DNA of 64,000 nucleotides, from contig CP089277.1 in assembly GCA_023920165.1 (NCBI GenBank), forward strand, positions 186,001 through 250,000, in the 5' to 3' direction. Shown here one piece after another: positions 1 to 11,750 of this stretch. The stretch is from Curvularia clavata. Lineage: Eukaryota. Position 1 is the stretch's first letter. Every line of letters starts with the position of its first letter. A program made the translations under genes and the position numbers. The notes under the pieces were generated by a model, which was given only the letters and a program-made list of their open reading frames with translations, had not been told where the DNA came from and did no database searches.

Positions 1-866
1 GATATCAAACTTACGAGCGGTAAGGGGAGAAGATCGTCTGCCAATTCTGACTTTTGTTAGTTATTATCAGGTAACAGCAAGAGAGATACTCACCCTCCAG
101 CGCCGCCGTTGCCACCGTCACCCTTACGGGAGTTTCCGCCGTTACCGCCGTTAGCAACGTCACCACCGCTGCCTTTGCCTTCGAATCCAATTCCAGTTCC
201 ACCAGTGACAACAGTAGTGTCACGGGCTCCAATGCCTCCCTTTCCACCATCACCACCATTGCCTTTGCGGGAGTTGCCGCCATCGCCACCATTGGCAACG
301 TCACCGCCGCTGCCCTTGCCTTCAAATCCGATTCCGGTTCCACCAGTGACGACAGTGGTATCTCGGGCTCCAATGCCTCCTTTTCCACCGTCGCCACCAT
401 TGCCATTGCGGGAGTTGCCACCGTTACCGCCATCGGCGACGTTGCCACCACTGCCCTTGCCTTCAAAGCCGATTCCAGTGCCGCCGGTAACAACTGTAGT
501 GTCACGGGCTCCAATACCTCCTTTTCCACCATCACCACCATTGCCTTTGCGGGAGTTGCCGCCGTCGCCGCCATTAGCAACATCACCGCCGCTGCCCTTG
601 CCTTCGAATCCGATTCCAGTTCCGCCGGTAACAACTGTAGTATCACGGGCTCCAATGCCTCCTTTGCCACCATCACCGCCATTGCCACTGCGGGAGTTGC
701 CACCGTTACCGCCATCGGCAACGTCACCACCACTGCCCTTGCCTTCGAAGCCGATTCCAGTTCCGCCAGTGACGACTGTAGTATCGCGGCCGGCAATGTC
801 GACACTAACAGGAGCCGCTACAGCCAGTGCTGCGGTGCCAATGGCAAAGATGATGGAATACTTCAT
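1..866 (-). CDS. Secreted glycine-rich tandem-repeat protein (5 x 47 aa), 3' end runs off the window
   Basis: Signal-peptide-like MKYSIIFAIGTAALAVAAP, then 5 repeats. Intron 93..47 (GTGAGT...CTAAC...CAG) removes the apparent TGA stop and continues the frame as GIGRRSSPLTA. Confidence 0.85.
94..788 (-). repeat. 141-bp coding tandem repeat, about 5 copies
   Basis: Unit encodes RDTTVVTGGTGIGFEGKGSGGDVA(N/D)GG(D/N)GGNSRxGNGGDGGKGGIGA, with mainly synonymous differences between copies. Confidence 0.95.
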
Positions 867-2605
867 TTTGATAAGTGTAAAAGTGATGTCGGAGTAGAGA
901 CTGAGTGAAGAAAGAACGTTGGATATAGTAGAGATTTGAAAATGTGGAAGAAAAGACCGAGATCAACTCGTTGAGATGATGGAGAAGTGGAAGTGGCTTG
1001 TGATGATAGTTTGTTGAAGCAGAGCCAGCGATGAATTTATATTATTTCATGAAAGTATATTGGCCTGGTGAGATAGAGCTGGCCTGACGAGATAGAGTCT
1101 AGCCAAGATGTCCGGACAGGAAACTAGTGTCGTTCGTCCGAGTTGCGCCGCATTGATGGAGGACAAGTCAAACAATCATGGCATAACAAAGTTGAAGATT
1201 TGGACCGAGACTACAATGTGACATGGATGACATGAACCCACCGATGCGAAGGGAGAAGCAAGGATACCATGACTATATGCGTAGAGATACAAAGTATCCA
1301 GGTAAACCATGGGCTTAGAAAACTCGGAACACTAACAACACTGTTAACTCTCATGAGTTTGTATGATGTATGAGGTACATATCGAATCTTAGAACACGAT
1401 TGTAATCATATCGCCATATTGCGAAGTTGTGTTTAGATTTTGGAGTGACATTCTTGTGTGTTGATTGGCTTACGGCCCAAACGTTTCACTTGTGGAACAC
1501 GATGATGGTGTTTTGCATTGAGCATCCATTGGAAGCAACTAAGCCAGTTTGGGTAAGCCAGGGTTTTGGGGCTCACTTGTGACAGAAGAAGGGGTAGGCC
1601 CAAACAACATGGACAGAACTCCTCGCCGAACATCCGAGTGCGCATGGAAAGTAATCATCTGGTCAAATCCTACTGCTAACAACTGAATCCACCGCAGCAG
1701 GCTGCGCAGTAGCGTCCACTAAGTACTGCATCAGGTGCAATTTACTTTAAAAACAAACTAGAGTAGCATGTCAAGGTGGGTGTGCGTCTGTCGATCTAAA
1801 ATACCAAAGTTCTCGCTTGTTTCTTCTGCAATAGTAACTGCGTTCAAAAAGCTTAACTCCCACTCAAACAGGCGAACTGCAGTTATCCGGCATGTGCCAT
1901 GCGCATACAGACGTGGTGTTCCTTTCACAGATGCAACACGGTAGGAGCGCAGGTACATCGGGCCGTCTTTTGAGGAGCAATTCTAGAGCTGAGAAGCTGA
2001 GTGATGCGTCTGAAGACCTCGCATCTCGGAACCCAACAGTAAAGCCAGGTACTATTGCCCGGTGGAACTCTTCCCCAACCAGTAGAAAAGTCGCGCGATT
2101 CATCAACTTGCAAGGTTCTGGCTGTTGCCTCTTGTCACAGGAACCCCTGCGCTCAAGCACTATAACATCTGCGACACTTTTTTTGATCTTAAAGCATTGC
2201 GTCAAGCTTCTTAGCGTGCTTAGCATCTGTGTGGCCTTGAGCTTGTTTTGACGTCCCTAAAAGCCTCACTTTAAAGGGTCTAGTTGTAAATGTGGCTGAG
2301 ACGAAGCTGGGCCACACTGATCTACACGGACTCGAGCCTTGTCAAAGTATAGCAATATTCTAAGTCCCTGTCTTGGCGACCATCGCTACTGTAGCCTGCA
2401 CAGTAACTCTTTGCTGAACTTCCTTCTTTTTCTTGAAAATCCATAAGACCTTATTAGAGACCTCGTGTACAGAGCATTCGTGTATGAAAGCTTATACATC
2501 TTAGTATGAGCATATACTATCCAACGTGAATCGCACTACCTACTAAATCTGGCGAATCGTAAAAGGTCGTCTCTCCTGCCCTAGCTGCTTCACTTCACCC
2601 TGTTT

Positions 2606-2680
2606 GCTTTGCACATGGCACTTTTGACATGCTTTACATATGGCACTTTTGACGTGTTTTACATATGATACTCTTGACGT
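2606..2680. repeat. 25-bp imperfect tandem repeat x3 in divergent intergenic region
   Basis: gctttgcacatggcacttttgacat / gctttacatatggcacttttgacgt / gttttacatatgatactcttgacgt. Confidence 0.85.
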
Positions 2681-3154
2681 GTTGATTATATTGATATAAC
2701 GACTGGCATTAATCTTCATATGTAAAAAGAGTACAGCTTCTTAACCACATTGTGCCGGCGGATTTAGATATATCGGCCCTACAGCGGATGATTGCTAGGT
2801 CATTCGGTCCTGTCGCGGACAATTGGCAACTAGCGGCCTCTCTGATAGGGAAGTCGTAAGCCAACTTGATACTACTAGTGTTAGGTACAATTCATGTCCT
2901 ATTGACAGTAAGTTGACAAAAGCCCCTCAAGAGCTCTTAAAACTGGGCCTCACTACGTCCTGTCTCTAGACGTACCAAGAGAGAATCATTCCACCAACTT
3001 TACTGTATAGCTATCACTAGTCTGGAACTAGATCAATTTCGAATACCTCTGTTTTTTCTACCTATCTTCTCAGCCAGCTCCACCCCTCCTCTTTTTGTCC
3101 TCTTGTCATCAAACCTTTCCCACCCTTCGGCTCTTCACCATATCTATACACAAC

Positions 3155-3853
3155 ATGATGAAATCCGTCATTTTTATTTCCCTTGTTACATCTCTTGCTC
3201 TTGGAGCACCCACCCCCGAACCACTCGAAGTCGGTCTCGGCATTCCAGCCGTCGTTGTCGACGGACACCCGATCAAGATCCCTGAACAGAAACGTGGTCT
3301 TGCTGATGACGGTGGCTTGAAATCTAGGTTCTCGGTTGGTGATCATACAATCGAGGCTGGAGGCGGCGCGATCTCTGTGGGTGGTCATGCCGTTGGAGGT
3401 GCCGTGGGAAATGTAAATTCACTCATGTTTTCTTTACGTTTCTGGTGCACTTACTCAACATATTAGGACCCTGGATCTTCGATTAGTATCCATATTAGAA
3501 GCTCGGATTCTGACCCTGCTGTGACCCCAGAACTACTCGACGCTAGAATCAAGAAGCGTGGTGTAAGGTTCATATCTGGGGCACCAGCCATCGGTATTGG
3601 AACTTCAGCTGTGGGCGGAAGCGTACTCATCTCTGGGGATTCAGATGCTAAACCTGTTCCTGGCAAGCATGGTGGGGGTGTTGCCAATGTAAGAAAACTT
3701 CCTTTCGGGGCAGGCGGTGAACGCTAGCAAAACGCATTGCATACGATGCAGCTAACGACCAAGCAGGGCGGAAACGGTGGTAATGCGCTAGTGCCCGGTA
3801 GTCGTGCTGGTGATGGTGGTAATGGTGGCATTGTAATTGAATCTTCCAAATAA
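3155..3853 (+). CDS. Small secreted Gly-rich protein with KR sites (3 exons)
   Basis: Exons 3155-3412, 3467-3688, 3767-3853 joined by GT-AG introns. Signal peptide MMKSVIFISLVTSLALGAP; EQKR and IKKR sites; C-terminus GGGVANGGNGGNALVPGSRAGDGGNGGI. Confidence 0.8.
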
Positions 3854-4060
3854 ATCCCGCTCCATAGGTTGTGAGACCAGTTTTAGAAAAAGAAAAGAAA
3901 AGAGTGCAGCTCGATACGTTACCTAGAAGTAAGCACGCAGCACTCAACTCTCCATCTCACGACACTCGAAGATAATCTTGTATCGAACCTTTTCTGTTCT
4001 ATTGTCTATCGTCTATATTCATTTGCCTCGTCTAAACTCGCGACCAAAACTGCGAAAATC

Positions 4061-5416
4061 TTAGGCCTTGGCCTCGGACCAGACCAAACCGCCAGCGTGG
4101 ACACCAGTTCCCGGCTCGACGGTCTTGCAAGTAGTGAAACTTTGCCACAAGTCGCCAAAGAAGTTGGTCTTTTGCTGGATGTAGCGTTCACCCAGAAGAG
4201 GGGCAATAGCCCAAGTTGCTTCTTCAGCGTGGTAGAAAGGAATGCGACTGCGGCTCGTCAGTGATTTTGAACAAGGGAATTCGGCATCTCCGAAACACGG
4301 CTACATGTCGGACATCTCGGCGTTGGAGCAAACTTACGGGAACATGTGGTGGACAACGTGGTACTCGATGATACCGTGGAAGATGTGGCGGCCAATGAAG
4401 CCAAAATCACGGTCAACAGTGGAGGCAGCGCCCTTGATGAAAGTCCAGTTGTCGGCCTCGTAGTGAGGGGCCTCGGGGTGAGTGTGATGAAGGTAGGTGA
4501 TTGCGACTATAAATGGTTAGTTTCGTGTGTTAGTAGCTAGAGAAGCAAAATGCTTACCGATCCAGTGGTTCATCCAGAGATAAGGCAGGCCGTAAGCCAA
4601 AAGAACCGTCGAAGTTCCAACGCTCATGGACCAGACGTACAAGGCGGCAAAGGTGAGAACAAGTCCAAGGTTGCTCAAGGCAACGAAAGGTGCCTCGGAT
4701 GGCGTGAAGACGTGAGAAGTAGGATCCAAATGGGTCTGCTTATAGCGGGGCGAAGTCCACCGAGTGCCCTTGATCAGACTCTGCTTGCCAGCACCAGCGT
4801 TCATGAAGATGTAGGCTGGCCAGCCCAGAACCTGGTGGAAGATGAGGGCAGCGACGGTGACGATGGGCGTATCAGCAGCAGAATGGTCCATGATCTTTTC
4901 CAAGATGGTTGGTTCGGTCTTCCTGGCGTCGACATCGGACTTGCGGTGGGGAACGAAAACGGTGTCCTTGTCCATGTGGTTGTGGTATCGGTGGTGACGT
5001 GCGTGGCTAAATTTCCAGCTGAAGAAAGGAACCAGCAACATGCTGTGCAGGAACCATCCAGTAACGGCATTGACGGTGAGGTTTTCGGAGAAGGAATCGT
5101 GGCCGCAGTCATGGGCGAGAATCCAGAGACCAGTGAAGAAACATCCCTGCACAAAGCTGTACAGTCCCCAAAGGGGAACGGTAACGAACCATGGTGCGTC
5201 TAGTTGGGACAGCCAGACAGCGGAGTAAAAGAGAGTGCTCACGATGATCAGATCACGAACAACGTAAGAGAAGGAGCGGAGCATTGAGCGCTCGAAGCAT
5301 TTGGCAGGAATGGCATCCTTCAGGGTCTTGACGTCCGGGATCGGCCTGACGTCGGCGACAGCCGTGAGCCTGGTCTTGACAGGAGTTTCCTGGAGGCGAG
5401 ACGTGGTCGTAATCAT
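4061..5416 (-). CDS. Membrane fatty acid desaturase, FAD2/omega-6/omega-3 family
   Basis: Three His boxes HDCGH, HARHH, HVVHH; TLKDAIP N-terminal motif; two GT-AG introns; stop TAA at 4061-4063. Confidence 0.93.
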
Positions 5417-8400
5417 GGCTGGCAAGGAAAGGAATGGAAGGGAGAGTTCATTCAGCCACGGTGCGGGACACTGGTCAGGCTTTTGTACCGAACCGTGGCC
5501 AAGTCGAGCACGAAAAATTCTGCCCCTTGATACAATGTACTAGGCTAAGCTCAACGGGCCCGACATACGTTTCAACGTCGCGAGGGTAGCGATGCACATC
5601 AGACACCGCCTTCGTGTCTATAGCGGTAACAGTGGGTCTGTAACCGAGATTTCAACGTCGGCGCACAGTCAGTAGCTGCCCAGGGGTGAAGACGTTGCGG
5701 TGAGCCAGGCTTGGGGCGCGGCAAGATTGCCGAACAATGTCCCGAGAAGATGAGGATGCCATTGTCCATTTTTCCTGCTTTGTCGAGCTGGACATGTTGT
5801 TGTCTTGGAGAAGTGAAATATGGCATCATGGCCATGTCGCCCTCGCCCTCGCCCACGCGTGAAAAAAGGGTTCAGGGTCCAAGAGAAGAGCCGCAGGGTT
5901 AACCAGATTGGGACGAGACAACACGAAGCCCCGTGGGCCTTGAAGATCTCTTACGGGGGCGTGTGGATTCCGAAGAGGCCTGGGCGCCGCTTGTGGGCCG
6001 CTTGTAGGTTTTGCCGCCGGACGCCTGCTCTCCGCCCAAGCGTGCTGCGACTAGAGTGGAAGAAGAGGCGCAGGCACTGTGCGAAAGAAGCAAGATGGAG
6101 ACGATGGGAGCGTTGAAGCTATCGTGGTGTCGACCTGGTTGTCGGTTACGGGACCGTTGTGGCTGCATGTGTTGGAGAGTTTGTGCCGGTGGAAGTTGAG
6201 CCAGGCTTGGCGCTCTAGGGCATTTTCTTTAGGGGTCTGGCGCTGTGCCTCGCCTAGCTTTGAGCCGCTGTTTCGGGAAAAGATGCGAGCACTTGACAAC
6301 ACCACGACTAGCACGGCACACGACGAATCACAACCACTCACGACGCCTGTCGGCAAGTCATGGCAGATCCTGTGGCTGGGGTGTGACACGGCCGACGGCT
6401 GCTTGCGTTTGGCATGGCAGCAAGCCACGCGATATTGCCTCGGGCACTGAGATAACAACACCCTTGCTTCCTAAATTCCCCGACGACTTCTGGATTGCCT
6501 GCGCATCCGCCATGTGTTTGGCTGCACCGTTGTACATGCATACACTATCTATGTGGCCAGTGGCGTCCGCTGTCGCTATCACTGCGCCTGCATGCAGCGA
6601 ACAAGCACTCAAAACCATCACCGCCTTCTCGAAGCAACCCCTGGCCCACTGGGCACCACATGGTTCGAGCTTTTTGCACTATCCCTACCCAAAATTCACA
6701 TCAATGCACTGCCATTAGCCATTGTCATGGTAGCCGGGTACGCCCATAGACATATAGAAGAGGGTGCAACCCTAGTGCTTACAGGCTTAGCTACCTGGCG
6801 AAGTGTAAGACCTCTGCAGAAATGCTTGTTTACTTACTTACCATCAGCGCTTACACAGGACTTAAGCGAGGTCAGCATACTACTACATCGACTTCTATCA
6901 GCCAATTATCGTTACGAAGTCTGTACTAATCCCATATCCCCTTTGTAAACTCAAAGGTATTCGGACAGAATACGGTCGTTGAAAAAACCTCACATACACA
7001 CAAAGACTTATCGCGTAGTCATCGATTTGCTCTCACATATCAACGCGCTGCCCTCTCCATCCAGCGAACCAACATTGTTTGATACTTGATGTGCATGGAA
7101 GCCATCACGTACTACTTTATAGCAAGTTCGACGACATTATGTATACCAAGGAGTACGGCCAACGACATCTTCCAAGGGGAGTTCATGTTCACGAACCTGC
7201 TGGGGCTATTGGGTTCGCAGACCTACCTCATTCGCTCACATTGCGCATCTGGAAGTGTATCCGGTCGGGCACTGGCTTTGCTTTTTTATGGATTACCATA
7301 CAGCACCTTTTCGAAACACAACTTGGAAAACGGATAACCACGGCTCGCAAGCTCAGCCAATTACATCCCCAATGTCTGAGACCGCTGATCAATTCGTTTA
7401 ATCGGAGAGAGTGAGCATGTTTTCGGGCAAAGACAACCTATTGCCATCATCATGGCCGATCAACAGCGCATTTGCACATGAGCGGGTAAATTAAAATGGT
7501 TACTAGATGATGTTCTAAATCGGCGGCGCCATGGCAATTAGGACCGAGGAGCGTTTTATTATAGGTAAATGCAGGCTTTGATTAGAATATCCTGAGTCAC
7601 ATCGCAGCAAGCGGATTTCGATCAGGGTGCTGAGTATATCCGACCGCAATCCCGGTTTGAGACATCCTCGGTAAACCGGGAAAATTGCTTGAACTATGCA
7701 GGTCAGAAGGGCGTCTGCTTCGAGATCAGGTAAATGGTGCAATTACACGGCGACTAGCCAGCGCAGAGTATTCTGTTACCTAGCCAGCCCCAAAATACTT
7801 GTTTCAGTTGCTTCGAGGTTCAATTTCTTGCCTCAAACATTTCAAATTTGCTCAATTCTCCCCAGGTCACAGTGAGCGTAGCACCACTTCTGGGATATTT
7901 TTCACGCACTCTGAAGCCGTTGGCGGAACTGCTATCACTTTGCATAGCGACGATTCTGCCATTTTTGCAGGCGTTCTTGCGGAAATTGGAAAATCGAAAT
8001 CGACCAGCGCAATGAACATTGTGCGGGGTAATGTGGAGTCTAGCTCTTCCCCGGATTAATTCGAGTTATCACAGATGCGTCACGTGTCAGGTCGACATGC
8101 GAAGTTCGATGTTGTTCGCGCCCCTACTATCTCACAAGTTTCACGAATCGCCGCATCACGAATCGCCACATCACTAACGCAACCAGTTATCAAAGCGTTA
8201 TTCATGGCTCACATGCCCAACCGTACCTTTTGAATTCTCTCTGCATCTAACAAACTCATTTGTTCTGGCAGCCTTGGCTTCGAACTGAAATAGCCGTCAT
8301 TCCTTCGCCAAGGGATAACATGGCAGCTGAAAAGGACCTCATTGGTGGAAGTTTCCATGTTTACGACCAATGCTTCCGCCACACCATTCACCTTCATATT

Positions 8401-8472
8401 GTAGGCGTAATCGAATTGAGAATATATGAACAAAGGCAGAGGTGCTGGAAAAAATAGCCATGAGTTATTGCA

Positions 8473-10245
8473 ATGAAACTTTTCAACAATTACATAGCAG
8501 CCGCAGGATTTGCTGGCCTTGCCACTGCAGCAGTTCCTACTGTTCATTCAGATGCCGGCATATACGAGGGACGCTACTTGCCTGAGTTTGACCAGGACCT
8601 TTACCTAGGCATCAAGTATGCGCCTAAGCCCATACGCTTCGCTCCGGCCAAACTCATGCCCAATGCGCCGCAGTCAGTATTCAATGCTACGCAATATGGC
8701 CTTGACTGCAAAGGATATGGGTCGGATACGAACGCACTGGTATCTCAAAATTGGACTCGGCTGGGTGAGGACTGTTTGCATCTCAACATCATCAAACCGA
8801 GGACAAAAGAGACCAAACTTCCAATCCTCCTGTGGATTTATGGCGGCGGTTGGACGCAGGGCGCCACAAGCGACCCACGGTAGGTTGCTCACGCGAAGTT
8901 GACGGATCCAAATGCTGATTCAACTCAGTTACAATATGAGTTATATAGTGCAGCAGTCAGTTCTCAACAAGAAACCCATCATTGGCATTTCGATCAACTA
9001 TCGCATGGCAGCATTTGGCTTCCTGTACAGCAAAGAGATCAAAGCGGCCGGTGCCGAAAATGTCGGGCTTCGTGACCAGCGCCTGGCAATGCAGTGGGTC
9101 AACAAGCACATCTCGTCATTCGGGGGCGACCCTTCCAAAGTAACCATCTGGGGTGAGTCGGCAGGTGCGTACTCAGTTGGCGACCACATTGCAGCCTACA
9201 ACGGTGACAGTGGTGGGCTTTTCCGTGCCGCCATCCTCGAAAGTGGTAGCGCTGTTGGTCCGCCGCTGAATGGAACGGATTGGTACCAAGAGATGTACGA
9301 CAACCTGACAGAGACGGTCGGTTGTGCAGACGCAAAAGACTCACTTCAGTGCCTTCGCGATGTACCATTTGAAACCATTGCACCGTATGGCTATCGCGGT
9401 CTAGAATGGTTTCACGTAATCGATGGCAGCTTTATTCCTAGATATGGGCAGCAATCGTTGAAACAAGGAAAGTTTGCCAAGATTCCGATAATCCTTGGTA
9501 CCAATACCGACGAAGGTTTTGGCGTCAACGGTGTGAACAGCGACGCGGACGCTATTCGCGAGCTCACGCATTCCAAGCGCTGGAATGTCAACGAAAGCGT
9601 TGCCGAGACATTATTGAAGCTTTACCCAAACGACCCGGCGCTTGGCGAGCCATATGGATGGGGTAACCGCACTTGGCCAGAGTATGGGTTGCAATATAAG
9701 CGCTATCAGAGTATCGCGACGGATTTGACCATGTACGCTCCAAGAAGGCTGTTGGCTCAGAGCATGAGCGAGCATGTCGACTACGTATATTCGTATCGCT
9801 GGGACGCACCCAAGTTCAACAACACACCCAACTCTATTGGAGTGAATCACTTTTCCGAGGCATGTGTTCTTTTCATTCGTGGGCATAAGAGCTTTGCATG
9901 ACTGACAATCTGCATGAACAGATACCTTTTGTGTTTGGCAACCCGGAGCAGCAATTAACACCGCTGGGAAATAGCACCGAAAACCTTGCCCTCTCGAAGC
10001 TCGTCATGCGCATGTGGACGGCTTTTGTGTACGATCTCAACCCTAATGGTCATGGAGGTATGAATTCCTCATCTGTAAAATAGCGCAGAAGCTTGCTGAC
10101 AGAGGTTGCAGTTCCCAACACGCCCAAATGGCCCAGCTATGCAGATGAGGCCAACAATTTTGTGTTTCGCAAGGACCGCTGCTACATTGAAGGGGACAGT
10201 GACCGGGAACAGGGCGTTGCGTATATAAATAGCCTGGTACGGTAA
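8473..10245 (+). CDS. Secreted type-B carboxylesterase/lipase
   Basis: Signal peptide; EDCL, WIYGGG oxyanion motif, GESAG catalytic Ser, GTNTDEG, HFSEIPFVFG. Three introns, one of them GC-AG (9860-9921). Confidence 0.93.
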
Positions 10246-10792
10246 TGGTTTCTGGGGATTTAAAAACACACTGTGTGTTCTATATTGTTTTATCGAACAT
10301 GAGATCAGAATTTGTTATGATATAGATAATCCTGTAGCAATGGTAGAGTAAGGAGATGATGACAGCACGTGATCGTCAGTCTTTACAATCAAACTTCAAG
10401 TAGAGCCTGGCGTGTGAAGACCTAGGTTTGTGCAGACAAACTGGGCGGGTATTGCGTACTTGTACGCTCTTGGTCTGAATAACTGACCTATATCGCTACC
10501 CCAATTATTTTGCTCAAACCCACCGCAGTCTGGAAATCCACGCAGCCATGTGGGGGGCTGGTCGGGAACGTGCATCGATCGCCAAGAAGCAGACGTCGGC
10601 TTATCGATAGTGCTTACCTTGGACGTAATGCGCATCGACGTCCACGTTGCATTTAGCACGGTTGGTTGCGTTTCAAACACGTGCGCTTGACATGCTAACT
10701 GACTGACGTGCTTGCTGCGCTTCACAGACACTCAACCAACGGTTTCGCTGTCCCACTCGCCTTACATCCTACATACCCACCTGGCTTCCACC

Positions 10793-11750
10793 ATGTCCAC
10801 ACGCGGGCAGTTCAACACCAAGAACCCCACTATCAAGCGCATACGTACGTTGGTATCATGCTCTGGACATTCGCCCGCATAGCTAACATTCAGTAGTAAA
10901 AGAAGCGTCCGAGCTGTCCTTATCTCCCTCTCCAGACTACCATGCCGAGCCGCTGGAAACCAACCTCTTCGAGTGGCACTTTACAATCTGCGGCCCGCCA
11001 GAGCCATCGCCGTACGCCGGCGGCATATATCACGGTCGCATAATCCTCCCCTCTTCGTACCCGTTGCGCCCACCGTCATTCCGTTTCCTGACTCCCACCG
11101 GCCGCTTCGAAGTGAATCGCGAGATCTGCCTTAGTATATCAGGGCACCACGAGGAGACATGGCAGCCCGCGTGGGGCGTCCGCACAGCGCTCGTCGCGAT
11201 AAGGAGTTTCATGGACACAGATGCAAAAGGCCAGCTTGGCGGCATTGAGTGTAGCAAGGACGCCCGGGAGCGCATGGCCAGGGAAAGTGGCGCGTGGAAA
11301 TGCGCTGGGTGCGGCAAGAGTAACGCGGAGATTATGCAAGAGAGAGCCGAACTGGTCAAGGAGATTGAGGAGAAGGAGGGGAAGAGGAAAGAAGAAGAGG
11401 TGCCAGAGGAGCTGAGGCTTGCATACCGAGATGAGTTGAGTAAGGGAGACGAAGAAAGTAAAGTGGATAAAGGCAAGGGACGCGCGGTGGACACCCCCGG
11501 AGAGACATCAACAGCTGTGAGAGACACGCCTGCTTCATCATCAAGCACCGGTACCAGTACGGCGGCGGCTCCGAGTACCAGTTCCGTTCAGCGTACGCAA
11601 AGCGTGCCCGTACCAAGACCGACAAGGACCGTTCCAGCACCACCACTCCAACAAGTCGCGCAAAGCAGTTCCGATCTTGCTTGGCTCGACACTTGTATTT
11701 ATGGTGTCTTGGCTGCGCTCTTATTCATGGTAGTCAAGAAGTTTGTCTGA
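10793..11750 (+). CDS. Tail-anchored ubiquitin-conjugating enzyme (UBE2J1/Ubc6-type)
   Basis: NPTIKRIL|KEA, NLFEWHFT, YHGRI, GRFEVNREICLSIS (catalytic Cys), WQPAWGVRTAL, C-terminal TM helix; one intron. Confidence 0.92.

Noticed and set aside
94..788. CRISPR-like periodicity
   Set aside because: Contiguous coding tandem repeat without unique spacers, in a eukaryotic context.
11..897. Long alternative-frame and antisense ORFs (264 aa, 262 aa)
   Set aside because: By-products of the stop-poor Gly-codon repeat. Only the 866-start frame has a signal peptide and synonymous-type variation.
1750..2260. Cys-containing 120-aa ORFs
   Set aside because: No domain pattern or signal peptide, and overlapping frames are equally plausible.
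5600..8400. Numerous short overlapping ORFs between desaturase and esterase
   Set aside because: No recognisable motifs or coherent splice model. Treated as promoter/intergenic DNA, although a degraded gene near 6900-7500 cannot be excluded.
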